Assembly (NCBI GenBank): GCA_964016885.1
Contig: OZ024751.1
Coordinates: 45,880,001 to 45,944,000 of the forward strand
Origin: Eledone cirrhosa
Lineage: Eukaryota
Direction: 5' to 3'
DNA: 64,000 bases
This document shows positions 1 through 11,779 of this stretch, one piece after another (the first letter of the stretch is position 1; each line of letters begins with the position of its first letter). Position numbers and translations under genes: made by a program. The notes beneath the pieces are model-generated. The model saw only the letters and a program-made list of their open reading frames with translations. It had not been told where the DNA came from and did not search any database.

Positions 1-140
1 TTTATTGACAGTCTCGTTGGTAATATTGTCATCTCATCTAATAATAGTGACGTGGCTCAACACTGAAAAATAACTTTACCTCTCTACCTTTCACCCTTTC
101 TCATTAACTTTGTCTGGCCCTCTGTTTATCTATCTAAATG

Positions 141-189
<49 letters not shown>

Positions 190-306
190 CTATACACATG
201 TATATATATATATGTATATATAAATCTATGTGTATATATATGTATGTGTGTGTATATATATATATATATATGCATACATACCTTATATCTACTTTATATA
301 TATATA

Positions 307-338
<32 letters not shown>

Positions 339-1173
339 CTATACACATGTGTATATATATATATGTATATATAAATCTATGTGTATATATATGTATGTGT
401 GTGTATATATATATATATATATAATATATATATATATATAATATATATACATATATACATATATATATATATAGTTAAAAATATCTCTATACACACCTTG
501 GAGCTCTTTCGGTATCATATTACTCAGAAGAGACATTTCTCGAACCAACCATACCCCATCCCACTTACCACTTCCCCACCCAAAAACCCACTTCCACCTC
601 CACCCCACAGTAACCATTCTCACTTATCTCACACATAGCTAAACCTCTGCCCCCTCCCTCCTTACTACAATGCCACCACCTCCAGTCTAGGTTCATTGTC
701 GATGTTGTTGTTGCTATTGTTGTTGTTGTTGTTGTTGTAACTGTTGTTTTTGTTGCTGTCGTTGTTGTTTGAAAAGTATTCATGCTCCTCGCCATAGCCA
801 CGTGACCTGATCCAATATTTACCTGTCGCTATCATCTTTCCTATGGCATTCGCTAGTTTTGTTCAGATTGACAAGAAAGCGCCCAAACGACAACAGAAGG
901 TAACGTTCATTTGATGAAACAGCATAAAAACCGATGGCTTTTCTTGCAAATGGACATCTACCCACCACCACCACCACCTTTCTTCTTCTTCTTCTTCTTC
1001 TTCTTCTTCTTCTTCTTCTTCTTCTTCTTCTTCTTCTTCTTCTTCTTCTTCTCCTTCTCCTTCTCCCCCTCCCCCTCCTCCTGAAAAACGAAACAAAAAG
1101 AAACAAAATGTATGTTAAATTATATCTGCACATGTGTAGGTTTGGTTTTACACACACACACACACACACACAT

Positions 1174-1205
<32 letters not shown>

Positions 1206-1336
1206 ACGCACACGCACACGCACACACACATATACATGTATATATATACTTGTATATATATATATATGTATACATACATACATACATATATATATACATA
1301 CATTCACATACTCATATATATATATATAATGTATAC

Positions 1337-1392
<56 letters not shown>

Positions 1393-1425
1393 ACATGTAT
1401 ATATATATATATGAGTGTGTATGTG

Positions 1426-1505
<80 letters not shown>

Positions 1506-1537
1506 CACATACACACTCATATTTATATATATATATA

Positions 1538-1729
1538 ATATCAGATCAAAAGATGGTTGAAAGAGTTCCAAGTATTTTATTATGCGCATTTCAAAAACAA
1601 ATATCATCATGGGATGGTATCTGCGTTCTCATCAGATAAAATAGGGATACATGATATGAAGCTTAAAAAACATTTGTGAATAGTGAAGTTTTAAATCAAC
1701 ATATATATGTTGATTTAAAACTTCACTAT
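1538..1729 (-). mobile_element. PLE family A 3'-terminal (pLTR) fragment ending in a 50-bp palindrome
   Basis: Homologous to 3955-4125; carries a hammerhead motif; starts at a (TA)n run. Confidence 0.75.
1573..1643 (-). ncRNA. Type I hammerhead ribozyme, PLE family A
   Basis: Minus strand: tattttat-CTGATGA-gaacgcagataccatcccatgatgatatttgttttt-GAAA-tgcgca-TA-ataaaata. Helices I and II pair; helix III is palindromic. Confidence 0.8.
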
Positions 1730-1912
1730 AGTTTGCTTTGGTGGCCCTTGAAATATGTATAATGAAATAAATATGGTTTTATAAATATAGTTTTCATTTG
1801 TTAATATATTGTATATATTGTATATTTACTCCAATAATTTGTTGAGTGTTTTATATCAGTTATAAAAATATTTTGCTTGTTATATCCCAACAAATTAAAT
1901 ATAACTTCTACA
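1730..1912 (+). mobile_element. PLE family B 3'-terminal fragment (3' half of hammerhead plus tail)
   Basis: Matches 6750-6918 and 14655-14808 (cccttgaaatatgtataatgaaataaatatggttttataaatatag...). Confidence 0.7.
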
Positions 1913-1927
1913 TATACATGTATATAT

Positions 1928-2532
1928 GGTGGCTGCCAACTCGTTTTCGAGTACGGCCACTACTTTATATCCATATAGGAGAACCCCTACCGATGCGCCG
2001 AACGGGTGTGACTTTTTAGTCCAGCCAACGACTTGAAAACTCTGGAACAAACACTACACTTGTGACAATTATTGACACATAGTGCTGGGCCCATGGTACC
2101 ATGTGACGACAAGTGCAGAGAGATCTCCAGATACAAAGCAATGCCTGTGCCGTGAAGCTTTTATAGTGAGCAAAGGCACTGCACAGAGCCAGTCCCACTC
2201 TCTTAACCAAGATGATATTTACCAAAAAGAAGAACAAGTCAACATCATTGGATACCATCAGAGTCGCAGGTGTTATATCAGAGTTTTCCTTCTCCTAGAA
2301 TTATGCCTTGACAAAGGCTAAGGGGTCATCTCTCCCGGTGATTTTGGATGGCCATTGACTCTTAAGAGCTCCTTTGCCCTTTGACAGGTTTTGTTTTTAG
2401 TCCTGCAGGATGTCCAAAGTCACCCTCCTCACCAAGAAACCTTGGTGGGGTTGCCAGTTTAGTCGCCAACGACCCGACCATGAGACAGGTTGTACTGGAA
2501 TACATGTTACCAGTAGCACCAACTGGTGACCT
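1928..2532 (-). mobile_element. Probable RTE-type LINE 5' region remnant
   Basis: Minus-strand motif tctaggagaaggaaaactctgatataacacctgcga resembles RTE 5' regions as recalled; a related motif occurs on the plus strand near 25003-25038. Confidence 0.35.
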
Positions 2533-2559
2533 GACATATACATGTATATATATGTGTAT

Positions 2560-2607
<48 letters not shown>

Positions 2608-2871
2608 TTATATATATATATGTGTGTGTGTGTGTGTAAGATGATCTCTGTGTTAAAAAAGATCGCCATTCCAGTAGATTTACTGTGATAAACCCCCACT
2701 GTTTCAATATTTAGACATAACTGCTGCAGAGGTGGCTCTAAACACCAATGCCACGTTTATATATCCTTAATGTAATTCTCAGGGAGATTCAGCTTGAGAA
2801 AGTAATGTTTATTGATACACCTATCACCCACAATACTACGTACGGAGTTCATTATTCCATTGTTTCTAAGG

Positions 2872-3063
2872 GCGGTGGATTGGCAGTCTCGGCAGAGGGT
2901 CGGACGCCATGCTTTGCAGCATAGAGTTACGGCCCTTTATGATCTGAGTTCAAATCCAGCCGAGGTTAACTTTGCCTTTCATCCTCATGGGGGTCGATAA
3001 AATAAAGTACCAGTAATGCACTGGGATAATTGCTGGCCTTGTGCCAAAAGTAGGGACAATTAT
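2872..3063 (+). mobile_element. tRNA-derived SINE (Meta-domain-like core)
   Basis: A-box-like tggcagtc..gg, B-box gagttcaaatcc, core gcctttcatcct..ggggtcgataaaataaagtaccag; many copies in the window. Confidence 0.85.
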
Positions 3064-3384
3064 TCCATTGTTTCTGTGTGATAAACATAATCCATCTACT
3101 GCCCGGTTTAATACCATCACATTGCTCTTGAGTGTTTATAGCGAAGTCCACCTTGTTGTGAGGTGAGTGACACTTGAGTATCTGCTGTAATGTGAGTGGT
3201 ACTTGAGTGTCTCTTGTAAGGCTAGAGTGGTACAGGTCTAATATCTTATATAACACTCTTTTAACGTTGATCCATAAAGGTGTCAACGAAGAATCCTGTT
3301 TTCCAGGCTAGTTATGGCGGATATATATGTCTGATGGCTAATGAGTCTTATACGTCAGGTATCCATCGGCACAGATATTCTGTC

Positions 3385-3415
<31 letters not shown>

Positions 3416-3815
3416 GGAGGCGAAGATGATGTTGGTGGAGGTGGCGTACGTATGGTGGTATGTCGTGCTATCTGGTGGATGACTAGCTAACCTATGCGAT
3501 GCCTGTATAAGTGAGCGGTGTCTTTGTGGAAGATGGTGAGCCGTTGTGCCCGGTTACTGGTCTGTTTTACGATGGCGATTGGACCCACCCGACACAAGTT
3601 TAGTGTAGTTTTGAGGACATCTTTGTACCGTTTACACTAACACCCCACGCCGTGACAGGTAGCCTTTGTCCAGCTGGCCGGATTCATGAATGTACGACAC
3701 AGACAAACACCACCTACATACCTGAGTTATTTAGTTCTAACCTTTCAAATCTCCTACAGAGAGAATTATAAGAATTATCATATACACCAGGATGATAACA
3801 GACTATTTTGGGAAG

Positions 3816-3871
<56 letters not shown>

Positions 3872-3992
3872 GGAGGTGAGTTTTATTGTAGTACAATAAA
3901 GCAATGCAGATATCGGATAAGAAGCACTCTACAGTTTGTGGGACTGGAGTATGCATAATATAAGATCAAAAGATGGTTAAAGGAGTTCAATA

Positions 3993-4063
3993 TATTTTAT
4001 TATGCGCATTTCAAAAACAAACATCATCAAACAATAATATTTGTGTTTTCATCAGATAAAACA
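3993..4063 (-). ncRNA. Type I hammerhead ribozyme, PLE family A
   Basis: Reverse complement of 6345-6415. Confidence 0.8.
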
Positions 4064-5310
4064 GGAGAACATGATATGAAGGCTAAAAAAACACTTGTTG
4101 ATAGTGCAGTTTTAAATCAACATATGAAAAGTGGTTTTAGATTGATGTGTGATATTGGGAAAAATATTTTATTTAGAGAGGGGGGGAGAGAAAAGGATGA
4201 AAAGGGAAGGAGATGAGAGGGAGAGATGGGTGATAGAGAGAAAGAGATAGTTTTTATAACAGAGAGGAGATATATTTTATATAGAGGGGTTGAAAGCCGT
4301 TGGAAGATACTGTATAAATTAAAAATTTTTTGAAAATTAACGAAGGGAGGATATGTGCGAGGAAAAAATATATTATATTTAGGGAGGGGTGGGGGTGGAA
4401 AGGATGAAAAAAAAGGGGAGGAGATGAGAGTGAAGGTGGAAAGGGAGAGATGGGTGATAGAGAGAAAGAGATAGTTTTTATAACTGAGAAAAAGATATAA
4501 TGTTTTAATATAGAGAGGTTGGGAACCGTTGGAAGATAATGTATAAATTAAAGGAATTTGAAAATTAACGAAGGGAAATTATGTATGGAGATAGAGAGAA
4601 AAAAATAACGAAGGGAGATTATGTATGGAGATAGAGAGAAAAAAAAAAAAAAAAAAAAAAAAAATAATTGTGGGTGAATATTCAAAAGGAGAAATGTAGG
4701 AATCTTAAAATTAGTAAAGAGAAAATGTTTATGTATAGAATTTGAGAAAAATAATGTGAAGTTAAAGTTTTTATATTGAATTCATATGTATTAATAATGA
4801 GTTCGTTGATGGGGAGAAAAAAATAATAATAAATTAAGGATGAAATTGAGATTAAAAAGATTTATGATAGAGAGAAAAAATAATAATGATTGCGGATGAA
4901 TACTCAAAATGTCAAAAACAAATGTTATTGTTTTACGAAGAGATATAATGAGGGTGATGAGTAAACGGGTATTATAGAGTGTATAATGCCCTTTAAAGTA
5001 AGGTAGATGGGTATATTTTAAAGAATATATGAGTATATATTAAAAAAAATATATAATAATAAATTAAGGATGAAATTGAGATTAAAAAGATTTATGATAG
5101 AGGGAAAAAAATAATAATGATTGCAGATGAATATTCAAAATGTCAAAAACAAATGTTATTGTTTTACGAGAAGATAGGATGAGGTAAATGAATAAACGAG
5201 TACTATAGAGTGTATAATGCCCTTTAAAGTAAGGTAGATGGGTATATTTTAAAGAGGTGTATGTATATGTGCCTTTGAGAAAAGATTCTAAATTGATAAA
5301 GAATTGAATA

Positions 5311-5750
5311 TTAACTGTATACTTTGTGAAAAGTTCTATGGAATTTATGGAGGCAGATGGAAAACAAATCCGAGCGTCTATTTATTATGGATTCTAGGTT
5401 AGAGATAATGGTAAATTTTTCATTTAGGCAGAGATTACAGATTTTAGATAGAGAACTGTTCAAGTACGAGGATGCAGAAGAAATCTTTTTCCAAAAGATG
5501 TTATATTTAATGTTTTTGTCTTTTAAGGACCATATGAGTTCTGAGAGAGCAGTGTTAGTTCTTTTAAGTTTGTATTTGAAAGATGAATGATGATTATAGA
5601 GACGAGCTTTAAAAGAGGTGGAAGTGGAGCCAAAATAGGTGAAGGAGTTGGTGCTAGTTATAATTTTACATTCATAAATTAAGTTTTTATCGAGGCAATG
5701 GTTGTTGAGAGGACATTTATTTTTAATGCGGCAGTTGCAATTAGAGAGAT
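5311..5750 (-). pseudogene. PLE GIY-YIG endonuclease domain (5'-truncated)
   Basis: CNCRIKNKCPLNNHCL..LIYEC..YFGST..FKARLYNH..LSELIWSLK..CNLCLNEK..CLH; same motif order as 13000-13424. The ORF-track start lies in the inverted arm and is not a true start. Confidence 0.85.
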
Positions 5751-6344
5751 TATTTTTTTTTTTTTTTTTCTCTCTATCTCCATACATAATCTCCCTTCGT
5801 TATTTTTTTCTCTCTATCTCCATACATAATTTCCCTTCGTTAATTTTCAAATTCCTTTAATTTATACATTATCTTCCAACGGTTCCCAACCTCTCTATAT
5901 TAAAACATTATATCTTTTTCTCAGTTATAAAAACTATCTCTTTCTCTCTATCACCCATCTCTCCCTTTCCACCTTCACTCTCATCTCCTCCCCTTTTTTT
6001 TCATCCTTTCCACCCCCACCCCTCCCTAAATATAATATATTTTTTCCTCGCACATATCCTCCCTTCGTTAATTTTCAAAAAATTTTTAATTTATACAGTA
6101 TCTTCCAACGGCTTTCAACCCCTCTATATAAAATATATCTCCTCTCTGTTATAAAAACTATCTCTTTCTCTCTATCACCCATCTCTCCCTCTCATCTCCT
6201 TCCCTTTTCATCCTTTTCTCTCCCCCCCTCTCTAAATAAAATATTTTTCCCAATATCACACATCAATCTAAAACCACTTTTCATATGTTGATTTAAAACT
6301 GCACTATCAACAAGTGTTTTTTTAGCCTTCATATCATGTTCTCC

Positions 6345-6415
6345 TGTTTTATCTGATGAAAACACAAATATTATTGTTTGATGATGTTTGTTTTTGAAAT
6401 GCGCATAATAAAATA
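6345..6415 (+). ncRNA. Type I hammerhead ribozyme, PLE family A (inverted arm)
   Basis: tgttttat-CTGATGA-aaacacaaatattattgtttgatgatgtttgttttt-GAAA-tgcgca-TA-ataaaata. Confidence 0.8.
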
Positions 6416-6578
6416 TATTGAACTCCTTTAACCATCTTTTGATCTTATATTATATATATATATATATATATTTGCATTTAATGCTCGTAATACGTGACGT
6501 ATTCTATTCTATAGCGATTAGGTCTTCAAAATGTTTATTATAAACATACAGAATATTTTCGAATATTCTGTGTTTATC

Positions 6579-6619
<41 letters not shown>

Positions 6620-6629
6620 TAAAATAATA

Positions 6630-6913
6630 TAAACAATTCACTATCCAGCTGGCTTCCAAAAATAATGGTTGCATTTTAAAAGGGTACGTCAAAGCTTGTT
6701 TGTAAAACTGTTATATATTGTATTTTGTCTGATGAAGGCATACCATAATTTAATTTGGTATCCCTGAAATATGTATAATGAAATAAATATGGTTTTATAA
6801 ATATAGTTTCCATTTATTAATATCGTATATCTACTCCAAATACTTGTCGAGTGCTTTATATCAGTTATAAAAATATTTACTTGTTGTATCCCAACAATTT
6901 TAAATAGAACTTT

Positions 6914-6918
<5 letters not shown>
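6630..6918 (+). mobile_element. PLE family B 3'-terminal fragment
   Basis: Homologous to 14545-14808; flanked by (TA)n. Confidence 0.75.
6721..6785 (+). ncRNA. Type I hammerhead ribozyme, PLE family B
   Basis: tattttgt-CTGATGA-aggcatacca(loop)tggtatccct-GAAA-tatgta-TA-atgaaata. Helix I has 8 bp with GU pairs; helix II pairs 9 of 10. Confidence 0.8.
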
Positions 6919-6952
<34 letters not shown>

Positions 6953-6964
6953 AATAAATAAAGA

Positions 6965-7420
6965 AAACACAGACTCAAGAGAGATTATAATCCCCAAAGT
7001 TAGAATCTGTGTGAAACGTTAGAATAATCGTAAAGAGCTGCAATGAAGCATTATTTAACAGTATCTAACATTGTTGAATCATATTACTAAAATAATAAAC
7101 AACAGATTGCAGACGATTGTTAATATGGATCTTGAGAATAATTAGAACGGTTCTATAGAAAATACTTGTTTTTAGTCGTCTGGATTGTTGCTAACGGTGC
7201 CAAATTTACAGTTAAATTGGAAAGTAATCAGACATTTATATACCAAGACGACGATTACACCTATGGAGCAGATGAATTACTGGGAAACGTTGAAAAATTT
7301 AAGACATCACTGACTACCTAGAGCAAAGAACGGAAAGATATATAGTAAATAATACTTACAAAATCTTGGAAGTACAACCACAAAATTCTGGCACTGAAAT
7401 TTGTGAAAAATATCCGAACG
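6965..7420 (+). pseudogene. Highly decayed non-LTR RT fragment (possible RTE)
   Basis: Manual translation with stops gives ..LTLLNHITKIINNRLQTIVNMDLENN*NG.., resembling an N-terminal RT segment. Confidence 0.3.
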
Positions 7421-7468
7421 GGGTACCAATGTTTACTGCCAAAAGTCCTACATTTCTTGTCTTCTCGG

Positions 7469-7504
<36 letters not shown>

Positions 7505-7627
7505 TATATATATATCTTTCTCCCCCCCCCCCCCCCTCTCCCTCTCTCAATATATATAAATATATATATATAACGGCGATGAATTAGTTTTGCGAGGTTT
7601 TTAATATGAAATCGTGTGTCGAAACAA

Positions 7628-8044
7628 ATATTGTTATACTTGGGGAGGGTCATATTTGTGTAATAATATTGCCAGAATTAATAACAGAACACACTCACTG
7701 TTTGGTTGGTTTTCGCTTCTGTGTCTTTTATATCGGTTAATTTAATTTATTCGGTCCTCAATGTTAGTTACCATTGACTGACCAACGGTCAAAAATACAG
7801 ATACAATATAGACACAAACACACATATATATAGTCTAACATATAGACTATATATATATGTGTTTGTGTCTGTATTGTATCTGTATTTTTGACCGTTGGTC
7901 AGTCAATGGTAACATTGAGGACCGAATAAATTAAATTAACCGATATAAAAGACACAGAAGCGAAAACCAACCAAACAGTGAGTGTGTTCTGTTATTAATT
8001 CTGGCAATATTATTACACAAATATGACCCTCCCCAAGTATAACA

Positions 8045-8048
<4 letters not shown>
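7628..8048. repeat. Near-perfect ~420-bp fold-back palindrome
   Basis: Arms 7628-7837 and 7843-8048 with a 5-nt loop (acata); only a few differences seen. Confidence 0.95.
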
Positions 8049-8080
<32 letters not shown>

Positions 8081-8105
8081 ATATATGTATATATCTCTCT
8101 CTCTC

Positions 8106-8162
<57 letters not shown>

Positions 8163-8249
8163 ATAAATATATATATATATGTATATGTATATGTAGATAT
8201 ATATATATATGTATATGTATATGTATATATATATATATTTATTAAAATA

Positions 8250-8989
8250 TCAGATTAAAGTTTAAGCAAAGAATCGCTGCTTTCATGATAAAACAAAGTC
8301 TAAAATACTTATCCTTCAATTTGGAAAAACATCAAATGCTCTGTATAGTCTTAAAGACTATTTCATGAAAACTTTCAGTGGCGATGGTCACGGTTGGATT
8401 TCAATCGTCAGCAGAGCTCAACAGATAACCAGGGCTCTCACAGGATTATAAGCCAAAAAGGGAATTCTAAAACTGGCTAGTTCACCATCATGCGTGATTA
8501 TGAAAAACGCACATGAGGAAAAACAGGGCTAGTGACGTCAGGATGAAAATGAATGTTTGTTTACAAGAAATAACAGTCAAATACATTCCGAAAAAAAACT
8601 CTACATAAGGAGTTCAGCAAACAGCAATATTATCGCAGTTTTTATTAAAAAACCGGGATTAGTCACAGATAATTTAAGCACTCAAGGAAAAAAAATCCGA
8701 GTATAAATATAAATGAAAGGTATAGAAATTGTTTTAGCGAGAAGCTAATAGTATTTCATAACATATATGCGACTATGTCGTCAAGATGGGAAAAATAGTT
8801 AACGTAAGATGTAGGAAAAATAATTCAAACTCATCTCAAAAGAGAAAGAGGATACAAATTCATCCACAGAATTTAGTGAAATCCATGGAAAAATCAATAG
8901 ACCCTTAACTCATGATAAAACAAAGTCTAAAATACTTATCCTTCAATTTGGAAAAAACATCAAATGCTCTGTATAGTCTTAAAGACTAT
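8250..8989 (-). mobile_element. Non-coding hammerhead-bearing element with ~80-bp direct repeats (PLE-derived or retrozyme-like)
   Basis: Direct repeats 8283-8361 and 8910-8989; hammerhead overlaps one repeat; (TA)n on both sides. Confidence 0.6.
8338..8417 (-). ncRNA. Type I hammerhead ribozyme with full helix III
   Basis: gctctg-CTGACGA-ttgaaa...tttcat-GAAA-tagtct(tta)agacta-TA-cagagc. Helices I and III pair perfectly. Confidence 0.75.
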
Positions 8990-8997
8990 ATATATAT

Positions 8998-9100
8998 GCA
9001 GAGGTTATATTTAATTAGTTGGGATTCAACAAGCTTAAACATGTTTATAACTGATTTAAAGTACTCAACAAGTTAGTGGAGTAAATACACAATATATTAA
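8998..9100 (-). mobile_element. PLE family B tail fragment
   Basis: Reverse complement of ~14706-14808. Confidence 0.7.
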
Positions 9101-9119
9101 TCTTCAAATTTATTATTAT

Positions 9120-9162
<43 letters not shown>

Positions 9163-9297
9163 ATTAATACATCTACCAACATATGCGTACAGATGTACAC
9201 TAATGCTAGTAAATATATAAGTTATGTCAAAGTACCTAGGTGGTTCAATTAGTAAGTAAGTTAATTTTTAATTTTTAAAATTTTCTTATTTTACGTC

Positions 9298-9537
<240 letters not shown>

Positions 9538-9553
9538 TTTCTCTCTCTCTCTC

Positions 9554-9624
<71 letters not shown>

Positions 9625-9729
9625 ATTTCTCTCTCTCTCTCACTTTCTATCCTTCTCTTTTAGCTGCCAGGCTTAATATAAAGAGTGGTGCGACATGCGC
9701 GGAGATGTTATAAAATAACTTATAAAATA

Positions 9730-9811
<82 letters not shown>

Positions 9812-9869
9812 GTGTATATGCGTGGTGTTGTGTCAGTAACATGATACAGAGAGAAGAGAAAGATGATTG

Positions 9870-10223
9870 GCTATGTGACTATGTGGCAATGTGGCAATGT
9901 AGCTATGTGTCTACGTGGCACTGTAGCCATGTGGCTATGTAGCTATGTGACTATGTGACTATGGAGCCAAGTGACTATGCGACTATGTAGCCAAGTGACT
10001 ATGTGACTATGTGGTGAAGTGACTATGCGACTATGTAGCCAAGTGACTATGTGACTATGTGGTGAAGTGACTATGTGACTATGTAGCCATGTGACTATGT
10101 GACTATGTGGTGAAGTGACTATGCGACTATGTAGCCAAGTGACTATGTGACTATGTGGTGAAGTGACTATGTGACTATGTAGCCAAGTGACTATGTGACT
10201 ATGTGACTATGTGACTATGTGAC
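9870..10223 (+). repeat. 8-bp-module minisatellite (gtgactat / gtagccaa / gtggtgaa)
   Basis: Visible tandem octamers forming 24/48-bp higher units. Confidence 0.9.
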
Positions 10224-10441
10224 AGTAAGTTGATCCTGTGTGGTCACGGTTTACTGACCAATCTAACCGTTCACACATCAATCGTGCTGTCATATCACGC
10301 AACCTTTATACTAAGCAGCACTGTTTCACTACACTTGCCTACACTGCTTCCTTTTGTTTGTATGTATGTATTATGTATGTATGTATGTATGTATGTATGT
10401 ATGTATGTATGTATGTATGTATGTATGTATGTGCATGTATG

Positions 10442-10473
<32 letters not shown>

Positions 10474-10492
10474 CATGTATGTATGTATGTCG

Positions 10493-10607
<115 letters not shown>

Positions 10608-10687
10608 TGATAAATTAACGGAACCATAGACTCTCGCTGTATATATATATATACATGGCCTTGTGCCTAAAGTAGAAACAATTATAT

Positions 10688-10730
<43 letters not shown>

Positions 10731-11079
10731 ATTGAAAACAACTTATATATCCACCCGTCCTTCCCTCTCCCCTCTTTCCCTCCACCCTTCCATCCACCCG
10801 TCCTTCGCTACGCGCATCTTTCCGTCCACACGTTCACCCACCCTTCTAACCACCCCTCCACCCGTCCTTCCCTCCCACCCGTCCAATCACCTGTCGAATG
10901 TAAAAGATTTAGGTGTTACCTTTTTCCATCAGATTATTGATGAGTCACGGATCACCTTTCACCTCGCTGACACCAAGATGTCTTTTAATGGTTACTCCCC
11001 GTGGCTGCTAGATTGCCGATCAGCGTTCGTGTGGCAAGCCTAGCACGCGAGCAGGGTCTCACTTTCAGGATTAAAAATA

Positions 11080-11755
11080 ACACTACCGCCAAAATTACCA
11101 CCTACACTACCACCTACACTACCACCTACACTACCATATACACTACCACCAATACCATCCATCTACACTACCACCTACACTAACACCTACACTACCACCT
11201 ACACTACCACATACACTATCACCACCACCATCAACACCACCATCAATGCCATCACCAACACCACCACCAACACTACCACCAAAACCACCGACATTACCAC
11301 CTACACCACCATCAACACTACCACCAACACCACCACCACCACCACCACCAGCACCATCAACATCACCACCAACACCACTACCAACACCACCACCAACACT
11401 ACCACCAACACCACCGTCGACACTACCACCAACACCACCATCAACACGACCACAACACCACCATCGACACTACCACGAACACCACCATCAACACGACCAC
11501 CAACACCACAATCAACACTACCACCAACACCACCATCAACATCACCACCAACACCACCACCAACACTACCACCAAAACTACTGATATTACCGCTATCACC
11601 ACCAACACCACCGCCATCACCACCAATGCTAATAACACCACCACTAATACTGCCACTAACATCACCCCAACACCATTAATACCATCACCAAACCCCACCA
11701 CCAACACCACCATCACCAACACTACCACCAACATCACCAACATCACCAACAACAG
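11080..11755 (+). repeat. (ACC/AAC/ACT)-rich trinucleotide low-complexity tract
   Basis: Visible in sequence; directly abuts the PLE RT region. Confidence 0.9.
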
Positions 11756-11779
11756 AAATAAACGCCAGAAGACAATTAT

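Larger units (their letters stand above)
3955..6453 (-). mobile_element. 5'-truncated Naiad-like PLE (family A) with inverted pLTR
   Basis: GIY-YIG ORF remnant at 5311-5750 and long AT-rich 3'UTR ending in a hammerhead; arms 3955-4667 and 5749-6453 are reverse complements. Confidence 0.85.

Noticed and set aside
2872-2965. tRNA genes at A/B-box motifs
   Set aside because: These are SINE heads; no cloverleaf, followed by the SINE core.
2966-3286. 106-aa minus-strand ORF as a gene
   Set aside because: Runs into an antisense SINE and shows no recognisable domain; probably TE debris.
7569-7637. Possible hammerhead (CGATGA..GAAA..TA) beside the large hairpin
   Set aside because: Core lacks U4 and helices II and III are unconvincing; at most a decayed remnant.
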